Position numbers and translations under genes: made by a program. 64,000 nucleotides of DNA from Azolla caroliniana. Taxonomy: Eukaryota > Plantae > Polypodiophyta. Shown here in pieces: positions 1 to 11,661 of this stretch; position 1 is the stretch's first letter, and the number at the start of each line of letters is the position of its first letter. The stretch covers positions 13,640,001 to 13,704,000 of the forward strand of contig JBHGNT010000018.1 in assembly GCA_043228905.1 (NCBI GenBank), in the 5' to 3' direction. The notes beneath the pieces were generated by a model, which was given only the letters and a program-made list of their open reading frames with translations, had not been told where the DNA came from and did not search any database.

Positions 1-2490
1 TTCTCCTCTTCATCCCTTGTACTTTTCTCAAACTCTTCGTCACTCTCCTCGTTGTGCTCCCGCCTCCATCTTCCATCTCTTTCGGTCTCACGTTGCCACG
101 TCGGCCGAACTGCCGAAGTCTCCGGACAAGATGGGGGTAACTAATTTCGCAACGTCTTTCGGAGACTCATCCGGGGCCACCGATCCTTTTAGGGTGTCAA
201 TGGAAAGCATCCGCTCTGTGATCAACCAAGCCCTACCTGGGCTTGATTCTCCAATGTCCAGAGTTTCGGCTCTGATGCCAACCTTGCCGGACTCGTTGTG
301 AACCCTTGATCACCTTCTTCCCGATTCCCGACCTTCGCCTGGCCGGTCTTTCTCCCCATGTAAATGAGGGCGGCTCGTTCCGCACCCTCTCCCATATCAG
401 CACCTTCATGCCGATTCTGGCCCCGGTCGAACAATCCACGACCGGATCGCACTCCACCCGAATTGGAGCACCGCGCGGTTCGGTCCCCGGTCGGGTCGTT
501 TCTTGGTCTCCTCGTCGACCTTCTCGTAGGCCATTTCCCATCCATCTTCGCTGGCATCGTGCCAAGACTCCTCGATACAGTCATCTATCTCCTCGATCTC
601 ACATGGGCGTATGGGCCCGAATGTCGAGTTCTTTGATATCGGTTCTGAGGGCTCTTGTCCGCTCCTTCCTCGTATCGTCTCGCCGATGATTCCCGGTCTC
701 TCGCCGCCACCTTCCTCCTCTTGGGACTCACGCGGGCACTCAGGCCCGACTGCCATCATCTTGGGAGCAAGTGTGGGAAGATGCGTAGAATTGCCCGTCC
801 TATTTACGCCCTTGTCGGTAGCCACCGGCTCCTCGTGGTCGGTGGTCGTCTTCTTACCGATCGTGCAAGCCCCACCTAGGCTTGCTTCTCCAATGTCTGG
901 AGTTTCGGGCTGACGTGCCCGAAATCGCCGGTCCCAACATTCTGATTCTGCGATCGGTATCTCGGCCTTGTCCTTGGCCGTTCTATTTCCGCAAGCTGAG
1001 AGGGCGTTTTGTTCCGCACCCTCTCCCGTGGTACCGTCGTACCGATCTTCTGCCATCTCATGGGGCAAGTTCATCTCCTCAGCGTCGGCTCGTGGCCTCG
1101 ATCTTTCCTTTTCCTCGAGCATTGCCTCGAGAGCTGCATACGCCTCCACAGTCCTGGCCCCGAAGCCGAGCCTTGCCGACTCTCTTTGCCGTTCGGCCTC
1201 TTCCCGTTGTGATGGCGCGCCGTCACGTGCCTTCCTCTTAGCCTTCTCGGCTCGCTCGTCATCTAGCCGTTGGCATACTCTTCCGACCTTCGACCAGTCC
1301 TCGGTAAGGTCATTCACTCCGTCATCGTCTTCGAGCTCAACCCCGATGGCCTCCCGTTCCGCTCGGTCGATCGACCTAACGAACAACAGGACTTTGTCCG
1401 CCCCCACCAGACCTTGCTCCCGCTCTGGAAGTCGAGCAAGTCGTCACTCGAACTCTCGGAACGCCTTCGTTGCGCTCCGGTAGGTCTTCGCCGATGCCAC
1501 CCATTGGTCGAAGCCACGTCGTCCCCAACTCTTCCGACGTCCTCCATATGCCTACAGGAGCGCCTTTTCGAAGGCCTCCCACGAACTATGAGCTTCTTGG
1601 AGCTCCTTCACTTCCACGTGCATACGGACAACGACGACCCGACAAAAGAACTCCAGCCTCAACGCCTCGTCTACATCTCGTTCCTCCATTTCCGCGTTGT
1701 AGGCTTCCAAGTAGAATGGGACTTTGTCCCCGTTGAAACAGCCGACTCTTTCAACCACTCGCTTAGTAGCTTGTTGCGCCGTCCCCCTTCTTGTTGTTGC
1801 TCGTCCAAACTCCCTCACCGCTTCGACACAAAGTTGCGTGAAGTCGTCTTCTTCCAACTCCATCCTCCCTTGCTGCCCTTCACGTCGGGTTCACCAAATA
1901 TGTCACGTTGTTACACGCGAGTGCGTGTAGAAGGGGCGGGACCATGGGGGTCTCAGACGAGGTAGAAAAGGGATGCCAAGAAACCCGACACCGGACACGA
2001 CTCAGATGCAACCGAACACGAGAGAGAGAAAGAGAGAGACAAAGGAGAGGGAGCGTGTGCGTGCGACACCGACTCTTATGCACAAGAAGCAAGGGGTTGT
2101 GCTTCCGACACAACCAAATACACCAATATGCACACACGGATACGAGTATGTATATTACAAGGGAAAGAATACATCCCCGGCTTCGAGCCGGACCAAGGTA
2201 GGTTAGGTTACAATAGCAGTCTACTGCCAAGCCGCAGATCGGGGGAGCTCTCGGGCTCGTCACGCCGAGTGGGGTCTTGCACATGAGACCAAGTAGAAGC
2301 AAACCCTAAACAGACATGAACTCTCAACCCATACGATGACGAAGAAGAAGAAGAAACTACCTAACCTAAATCTAACAGTATACCCTCCTAACTCAAAATG
2401 GGCAACCCTTCTACAAGGGACCATCCCTTCCTTTTATAGAACAAGGAAAGAGATGCATTACAATGTGGGATAAATCCCTTATTACATGAG
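1..2490 (-). mobile_element. Ty3/Gypsy-like LTR retrotransposon 5' portion (truncated 5' LTR, tRNA-Trp PBS, broken gag-like ORF)
   Basis: LTR edge TGTCACG at 1901, with PBS at 1879-1896 next to it. Gag-like ORFs 1552-1863 and 406-1407 follow on the minus strand. The LTR sequence clearly resembles the solo LTR at 28589-29359. Confidence 0.8.
1879..1896 (-). promoter_or_regulatory. Primer-binding site complementary to tRNA-Trp 3' end
   Basis: Plus strand TTCACGTCGGGTTCACCA matches the 3' 18 nt of plant cytosolic tRNA-Trp(CCA) as I recall it. It lies 4 nt from the LTR terminus. Confidence 0.8.
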
Positions 2491-2499
2491 AAGCTACAT

Positions 2500-5385
2500 T
2501 TTTCTAGCTTGGCATAAAGACCATTCTCGTGGAGTCGTTTTAGTACTAATAGTACATGAGAATCATGCTATACCTGGGTCTTCGAATAAATCAATAGATC
2601 ATCCAGATAGATGATCAAACAGATATCCAAGAGGTCTCTGAATATATCATTTGCCATGTGTTGGAAGACTGCGGGTGCATTGGTTAGACCGAACGGCATA
2701 ACAATATATTCGAAATGCCCATACTGCGTGCGAAATGCAGTCTTCCATTCATCTCCCGATTGGATGCGCACGAGGTTATACGCTCCTCGTAGATCGATTT
2801 TTGTAAAATACTTGGCACCATTAACTCGCTGTAACAAACTTGATATAAGAGGAAGTGCATACCTATTCTGGATGGTGACTTTATTCAAGCCGCGGTAATC
2901 AACGACGGGACGAAGTGAGCCATCTTTCTTCTTGACAAAGAAGATGGGTGCACCGGCCGGAGATTTCGAATGACGAATAAACCCGCTTGCCAAGTTCTCC
3001 TCTATGTAGGCTCGAAGGACTTCTAACTCAGTGGGTGACAAGTTGTAAATTGGTCCCCATGGTGGCTCTGCTCCTGGTTGTAAATCGATGGGACAATCAT
3101 AAGGACAATGATGAGGAAGAGTGCCAGCCTTTACCTTGTCAAATACATTGGCATAAGGATGATATTTCGCCAGAAGTTGCACTAAGGATTCCTCCTTGAT
3201 AGTGTTGGAAGGATGTATTGATATTGCAAATAGGAACATTACCTCCTTGTGTCCTTCTTCGCGTAATTGACGTAGTGAAATGGTCGAAACTCGATAAGTA
3301 GATTCTTGGGGTTGTCGATGTCGGACTTCTCTTGTTCTCCAATCTATGGCTGGATTATGTAATTCAAACTAAGGTAATCGCAGGACAATGGGATGCTTTG
3401 GACTACGAATTATATTAAATGCTACTACACACCCTAGGACAACTTGAATGGGTTCTGACTCTTCTACAATATTCTCGGAAGCGATGGGACGACCATCAAT
3501 GAATACTACAGATGTCTTAAGGATATCTGAGAAGCTTGGGCAAACTTTCGATCCATGAAACAGGAATTAGCTCCAGAATCTAGAAGTGTTAGGACGTGTA
3601 CTGGGGGAGTACTTTTAGTACTAACCATGACTTGGGCTAGGAACACGTTGCTAACTTGCTTGGAGGGAATGGAACCACTAATGGGTTGTACAGATCTAGG
3701 GTTGTCCAACCAAACGGCTCCTATTTTGGCTGGACTCGATCGTTTAACTCTTCATCTAATTGACTAAGGATTTCAAATTTGTTTGAGATACTTGGCCTAT
3801 TAGTACTATTAATACTATCAGACACTCCTAAGGGAAGAATTGACTCGGGTTTAGTACAGGCTACGATTTGATTTACCTGTCTTCTTGGCCTATGGGGACA
3901 ATTGATTGCGATATGCCCCGGTCCACCGCAATAAAGACATAATCGATTTGCACGTCGTCGTTGCTTTTCTTCTTCCGATAACGGGCCACGTCGACGCATG
4001 GTGTCGATCTTCATCGGTGTCGGAGTATTTGCTTGAGTTATGTCTCATGCAAACGGTTTAGCCGGGACTGAGGCGTAAGTGGGCTCCGGCCTAGAGCGTG
4101 GTATTTGTAATTGACGTTCCGAACGCCATTCGAAAAGGCGGTTGTCACATCGGACCGCTCGACTGATTGCCTCCGTAAGAGACTTTGGTTCTTCGGGGAA
4201 GGTTAGAAGTAGATCCTTGACATCGTTTCGCGGGCCATAGCGAAATTGCTCCATTAGTGCCTGATCATCCCAGGGGATATTTGAAGCGAGTAGATGGAAA
4301 TCCGCCGCGTAGGCAGAGGCTGGATGATCACCTTGACACAATCGTCGGATTTTGTTGATCGCCATCTGGATGTTGTCTGTATCTCCAAAGCAAGCTTTAA
4401 ACTCACTAATAAAGTCTTCAAAGTTATTAAGTAAGGGCGATTGTTTTTCTAGAAGCGGAGCAAACCATGCCAAGGCTAAGCTGCTAAGCAACGTGCCTAT
4501 TAGGTCGACTCGGGATGCATCAGTGGGGTATCGAGAAGGATGCATTTGAATGACTAAGAGTACCTGATTGAGGAATCCCCTAAATTGTGACCACATTCCA
4601 TCAAATTTCACAAGAAGTCCAATCTTGGGCTCTTTATGAAATCCGTGGGGACTTGATCCTTGTTGTTGCACACGTAACGCTAACTCCCCATGTTGCTGTT
4701 GCAATTCCTCATGTTGTTGCTACGTTTGCTATTTTTCTAGGGCGATTTGTTGAAGATCCCCTAACAACCGTTGGTTTTCTTGTTCCAAGGCAACAAATTT
4801 TTCTTTTAGACACTGTAGCTCGGAGAAAACGGATTGGTATTCTTGAGCGCTAACAAAAGCCATTGTATAGAAAAAGGATAAGAGGATGAGGGAAACCAAA
4901 AGAAAGACTAGAGAGGAGAAATTGGTTCAAACTGTCAGGAATAGTACTAAAATAGAGAGAGAATTAGTACTAGAGAAGGGAAGTACTATTAGTACTAAGA
5001 GGAGGGGAGGGGACTACGTAAGACTCCCGAGAGGGAGGAAATAGAAGAGGAGAGAGAGAGAGATATAGTGAGGACAAGAGAGAGAGAGATTATGATAATA
5101 GATGATATATTATAGGAAGAGTAAGTACAAGATGGCTATGAGGCTTAAGACTGGCGTTGAACCAATTTGGTTCAACATAATGCCTAGTGCCTTCTTTTAT
5201 AGTGCTCTCAAGAGTAATCCTGAAGCTTCTAGAATGTTCCAGAGAAATCTGAAATATACATTAATTTCCTATAATAAAACTTAAATGAAAATAATATCCT
5301 ACATAATACAATAGATGGTATAATGGCCAAGAGCTCAACCCATATAACATAAAGTCATGGGTTTGAGTCTTGCCATATCATGACA
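2500..5385 (-). mobile_element. Tf1/sushi/Tcn1-like chromovirus (Ty3/Gypsy), 3'-truncated: 5' LTR, gag, zinc knuckle, protease, RT
   Basis: Gag 4045-4704 has an in-frame TGA and continues into the [14 protein letters not shown] knuckle (3721-4014). Protease LLDSGA is at 3506-3709. RT at 2568-3239 has [27 protein letters not shown] and YLDD. LTR TGTCAGGA..TCATGACA is at 4933-5385 (far end less certain). Confidence 0.9.
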
Positions 5386-5419
5386 GTAATGCTACATTTT
5401 GTATTTGCTATTCTTGTAA

Positions 5420-7175
5420 GGTTTGGTTACCTTCTTCGTCGAATGGAACATTGCCAATGTGTCAAATCGGATGAGTAGTGTCGTCTCCGGTTTCGACATA
5501 GCTGGGTCGGTCCGGCTCTCGAAGTTCTCGGAACCATTCTTGATGTGACATCATATGGTTCGAAGCACCGGAGCCGACGAACCATACATCTTCCGGACCG
5601 GAGGCACTAGTTGAAGTAGAAGCTGACATAGAATTTGCTCTATGTCTCATCACGAACATTCCGCCATGATCGTCATAGTCAGAGTTGGTGGCGTAATTAG
5701 TGAGTTGTCGGCTAGTGGAAGCCGACTCACACATCTTCTTTCAGCACTCTTCTTCATGGTGGCCGATTTTTCTTCAATATCCACATTTGATCGAGGTTTG
5801 TCGACTCGGGCCGGAATGGAAGCTTTCCCTTCTTTCGAAGGTTCCTCGATGGCTTCCATCTTGTTGCCAAATTTGGGAGTTGTTTTCGTGAGTTGGGCCT
5901 CTTCCTTGACCGAATCGGCCTCTTGCTCGATTGCGTCCTCTTCCTTCGTTGGAATGTGTGTAGAGCATGTGGCCTTCTGAGGCATTGCTCCTTGTTCGAA
6001 CATGGCTTTCTTCAACCAACAACATGGATTGAAGATCGAGGAAAGAGGGTGGATTCTCCCGTGCTAGTATGACGGTCCTCATCGCATCGAACCGTGGTGC
6101 AAGGCTGTCGAGGTATATTTGCGCCATCTCATCATCGTCCACATTAACGTTTATTGAGCTAAGAGTGTCACAAAGCTCCTTGATCTTCAAGGTGTAGCTT
6201 GTGATGGACATATCCCTTTGTTGGAGATTATTCAACTCTTGGCGGAGTTGAAGCTTTCTTGCGGTTGTGTTGGCAGCGAAAATCTTTCGTAGATTCTCCC
6301 ACGCTTCCTTCGACGTCTTGGCTTCTCGAACGTAGTTGAGCATGTGGTCGTGAACACATCTCGCCAAGAAATAGATTACTTGACTCGCTGCTTGCTCCCA
6401 TGTTGAGTAGTTGGCGTCCTTTGGGTCGGATCAATTTTCTTGTGCTCCTTTGATTTAGCTCCAATATCCTTGACTGACAAGGTATTGGTGCATCTTGTAC
6501 TCCCAAGATGCAAAGTTGGTTTGGTCCAACTTCTAGCTAGGGAGAGCGCTCCCCATTTGAGTATTCATTGTCAATGAAGCTTTCTTTCTGCTTTTCCTTC
6601 TCTCTCGAACACGAGTTATGTAATCGCACTACGATAGCGATGAACCAGTTCCTCTCAAACGTGGGCGTAAAACACAACACATGCGAATGGGCTAGATTGA
6701 GCTACCAAACCACTCTGATACCATGTAAAGAATCGGATATGACTTGTGCAACGGAAGAGGTTAGAGATGTGTGTTATGTGTATGTGTGAGAGGAAAGAGA
6801 GAAGAGAAGAGAAACACAAGATAGCTGGAAAATAGAATACTCAAGAAGAAGGTGTATATTTACAAGTAGAATAGCAAATACAAAATGTTGCATTACAAGG
6901 AGTCACAACCGACTTACTATGAAGTAGGAGAAGGGTGCTTTATATGAGGTGACACATAGTTAATGTGTAGAGAGTAGTGGTGTGACTCTTGACCTTTGAG
7001 TGATCATATATGTATATGTGGGCACAAATGCACCATCAAACCTTACTAGCCCATGTATGTTGTGTTGGATAAAGGGTAACCGGAATATTAATTACCTAAT
7101 CCCCAAGGGCTAATAAGATCATATATTATGACTACAAGAAAAAAGATAAACAATGACAATATCAGTATAATTTCG
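5420..7175 (-). mobile_element. Ty1/Copia 5' fragment (LTR, tRNA-iMet PBS, degenerate gag-protease)
   Basis: PBS (plus strand CTCTGATACCA, 6713-6723) abuts LTR start TGTAAAG at 6724. Gag_2/UBN2-like ORF 5774-6367 (AWENLRKIF..KIKELCDTL) and protease motif WFVGSGASNHM are present. The far LTR end is approximate. Confidence 0.85.
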
Positions 7176-10083
7176 CACCACACTCAAATATACATAGAGA
7201 CAACTTACTAGACTCAATTAGCAATGGTGGCAATGATGACTCCATTACTCACAATAGTAGGTACAATCTCACTATAGGAATTCTTTCTCACTGATTTCAC
7301 AAAGCTCTACAACTTGAAGACACATCGCTTGGCAAGGAGTCTATAGTGTATGTTTTGTTTTATATAACTATTTAGGTGCATGCTTTGCATGTGTATCTGT
7401 GTGCATAAATTGTGTACATGTGATTGATTGTATACATGTGTACATCATTTGTGTATCTCATACATACACACACATATCCACATATATATGTATGTTCTTG
7501 TTGAGAATCAAGCTCAACATAGTGCAATGTGTGAACACACCCTTTGAGAATCTATGAGTAAAGTAGGTAGGCAACTTTGCCAATTTCTAAAAAATAATCC
7601 ATAAATTGGACTTATTTAAAAAATTATACAAACTACAATTCGTCCTTAGAAAAATGAGCTAAAAGCCTTGTGGAAAACTATATAAAGTAATCTAAATTTG
7701 TAATTTTTCCAATGTGAAATAGAACTAAGGATAAGTAGATAAATAAGTGGCTCCATAAAAAGGAATGCAAAGTTACTTGCAAAAAGGTACCTATGTAATA
7801 ATACAAACAAATAAACCATTCAATATTATCCCTAGGGTTCGTAATTACATGTAATTTTGTAAATAATAAACGTTCATGTGTTAACAAATGATTGGATGTG
7901 CAATAACATTGCCATTATAAAAAACTCTGTTGGAGAAAACACGAAAATGGGAAGGTGTTGTTATAAACCCATTCTTGATATCACAAATTTTCACTAATTT
8001 ATTAAATACATGCATTAAATGTTTATCATAAACATCAATGGGCCTCCTATATCCATATGACAATATCGGAACTCCAAAACATCAGACGACAACATGGTGC
8101 CAAAGACTCATCCTCATTATTCCATGGTTGTAAAGTATTCAACTCATGCAAATGCTCAATATACATCTGCATTTTATATATATGCTTGCAATTAATATTC
8201 TTAAGCAGCCCCATCAACATGCCATACATAATGTGTATTTCACAATGTCAAAAAGAAAAGAAAAAGACAAGGAGTTAGTAGTTACCCTTATCCTGATTGT
8301 TAAACATCATGAGTCATGACCAATTTACTGAATATTGTAATTTTTTGTTTATAATAAGGTCATCATTAAATATTTGAAGTTTCATCAATGTTGGTTTATT
8401 GAATATATCATTATGACAATGTCACTGATTCCAAAGAGTTCGAAATGTCAACCCCTTTTTAGTTCATTCACATATAATTAACTATGATGGGTTTGTATGA
8501 GCTTCATTGGGAACATGTATCAAAGTATGTGTAACTTTTCAAAATCACTTTCATCTATTCTCTACATTGTCCTCCTCGGCAACTTTAGAGTTGTTACCAC
8601 ACTTCTTCTCCTTCTTCTAGCTACAAACACTTAAGTAACTGTATTGGGCAAGCTTTTGATAATCACCACTTTTAGCTATGGTTATTTTTTTCTCTTTTTG
8701 ACCATTGGCTTGATGGTTTACACCTTAGAATCAAAGTTATAAATTTGTGATGATCCAAGTTCAATCCTCTCCATAGGCTATGCTTGTTACATAGATTGCA
8801 ATCAAAATCACGTGGATCTTACAAATATGTCAATATATCCATATGTTCCAATTCAAGGATCACACACAAAATACTTTCTATTGGAAATCTCTCATATGTA
8901 TCAAAGTAGATATAAAGTTGATACCTCCAAATTTCCATTTGAGAGTGAATATTTTCTATTGACTACGTTTAGACCCTATGGCACTTATTTGTAGTTTTGC
9001 CCGAATTAGCCATGTATATTTAATAATAAAAAGATAGAACCTTTTCGTCTTCTTGTGAGTGTTTCATGCAATGTCCACTCCATAAAAAGTGGATATATGC
9101 ATGCCATGTAGTAGAAAATGACAACATGCCAAATCTTATTTAATTAGGATTTGGAATCCTTGATTTAGACCAACTCCGTGCATATAATAAATATCCTTTC
9201 TTATATCATGCCATGTATTTGTGGAATAGATCTCCAACATGTTTACAATGTTATCCAAGCAAACCTTTATGGTTATGAATCCCTTTGAGTTTACTTTTGC
9301 TAAAGCTTTGCACCTTTTTAGTTTACACTTAGGATTTCCTTTTCATCCTCTTTACACCACTTGGAGCAAGTTTTAAATGCAATCAAGCAAAGTTTTTATT
9401 AAACAACATCACATGTATGTAGTACATAATTATAAGCATGAATTGATTTAAATATTGCTATAAATAAGTTGTTTTATGGCACCAACAATATGGCCACATA
9501 TAGCTTGACTTCTTAGCTCATGTATATGACATGTTTTATCCTCTGATACATTCTACACGGCCATGGTTGTGCCCACACCCCGTCACTCACAATTGGGCAC
9601 ATCCTATTCACATTTAACACTATAATCTCACGTACACGTGTCCAACTACTAGAATAGACTTAGTCAATGTCTATTGTAGCGTCATACTTTTTTGAGTTGG
9701 ACCACCTCAGTACTAAACATCAACTTTGTCCTTGTGTGATAGATAGTCTTATTTGAATTTCAAAGATGCAATCAAGAAGAGTAGCAAATCAAGTCCATAT
9801 ATCAAAGTGAAAAGAGTATCATCCACGACAAGAAGAAGTGTAGTCATTTTGATATGAAGAGAACAAATCGTGATATAAAGATCGAATCACGAGCTATGGG
9901 ATGAAGTATGGTCTTCGGTGTTCCCTATGCCCGTGCGGGATGCTGGAACATAGGGGGTAATAGGAATCCAAATCACCTGCTCGTGTGGAAGCAGGCGGAC
10001 AAGAGAGGAGATTCCGATGAGTAGAGTTTAATGAGGCCAGTATGGCTGAACGAGCAAGAACTAGTGTGCCATGTAAAACGAGC

Positions 10084-10085
<2 letters not shown>

Positions 10086-10131
<46 letters not shown>

Positions 10132-10356
10132 GCAAGTAGGTCATGAGCTCGGGTTGTTGCATGCCCACCCACCGTGAGAGGCCAAAAGGCCAAGGATTTC
10201 TGTGTGTCTCTCTCTCCATGCCCTCAAAAATAGAAGAATGAAGAAGGAGACACGGACCAGTCAAAATATATACATAGCATAAAATAGAAAAGAAAAAAGT
10301 GCCCACACACACACACACACACAGTCTCTACAGAGTGTACTTTCTTTTCCTATACA

Positions 10357-10387
<31 letters not shown>

Positions 10388-10520
10388 TGATACTGATCAT
10401 CCTCACCAATGAGCGCTCGACGCGTGGTTTTAACATGGAATGTGCCTCCGGAAAAGGAACCCCCGAAATGCCTTCTTCTTCTTCTTCTGCTTCTTCTTCT
10501 TCTTCTTCTTCTTCTGCTTC
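10086..10520. repeat. Microsatellite cluster (AG)n, (CA)n, (TACA)n, (TTC)n in TGA promoter/5' leader
   Basis: Visible runs at ~10086-10128, 10304-10323, 10353-10386 and 10472-10520. Confidence 0.9.
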
Positions 10521-11661
10521 TGTGGGTGGGTGCTTTTGGTTTCCTTTTTGTCCTCTTCTGCTCTGCTACAGCAATGCAGAATTAGGGTTTCCTGGGTCTC
10601 CCTCCCTCCCTCCCTCCTCTTCGTCTCTCCTCTCCCTTCTTGCAAGTCCTACGATGACCACCTCTACCTTACCCTCCTCCACCAATTCATGACACCGATT
10701 ATTCGCCCACCTCATGTTTCTCTCGGATTCCAAACCCATTCCACAGTAAGCCCTCTCTACTCTCTCCTCCTCCTCCTCCTTCTCTAATCTCAAAAGATTT
10801 ATGGCTTGTGATATCTTCACACACTCAAGGACTGTGAATGACAGTACTGTTTTTTTTTGGGGTCTTATTGTTATGGCTATGATTTGCTTTGTTTGAAATT
10901 TCTGGTTTCCTAGTTAGCTTCTTATCATGTTATGGGTGTTTCATCCGATGAAACCAATAAACATGTTAAGCTGGAAAGGGATTATATGTGATGACTTGGG
11001 TGTATATTGGCCTCGATGCCATAGTACATTTAAGAGCTTTCTGTAAGGCCTGCCAAATATGACATCTATTTCATTTTGGAATAACATTCTCTTATTCTAT
11101 ACAGATATTTTGTGGGCAATCTTTGTTTCCAATGGATTGCATTGAATTAATTTTGTGCTTACATGACTCAATGCCTTAACTTAGAGTCTCCTATGAGTTC
11201 TAAGAAACACGATTCCTATTATAAGAAAAAAACAAAAAAGTTTTTTTTCTTCTAGTGAGGTAATTCGATCTCCAATGAGCTACATCGGAGCTTATTTTTG
11301 TGGAAATCATATCAATTCCATGTATCTTTTATTGTGAATGACATCGATCTTTTTCTATCAGGGTCATTGATCTGTGTTAATCCCTTTGGACAAAATGATA
11401 TTGCATAAATTTGTTTGAAAAACTATACTTAATCAGAACATAGCCCAGGACAAAAATTATACACGTGCATTTGTTATATTCATTCATAACGTTGTTCATT
11501 GAACCATCTTCTCTATTTCCTTGTATAAGGTTCACTTGAGAGACAACTATACATTGGATTTTAAATGGAATTTGTTACTTTTGAATAGGCAGTGACAGGT
11601 GTAGCTTTCTCAAAGGAATCACGCTGCCACAACACATTAGAAGGCATTTACACATTGACAC

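Noticed and set aside
1270-1965. Long plus-strand ORFs over 1-2300
   Set aside because: They are antisense shadows of GC-rich gag and LTR sequence.
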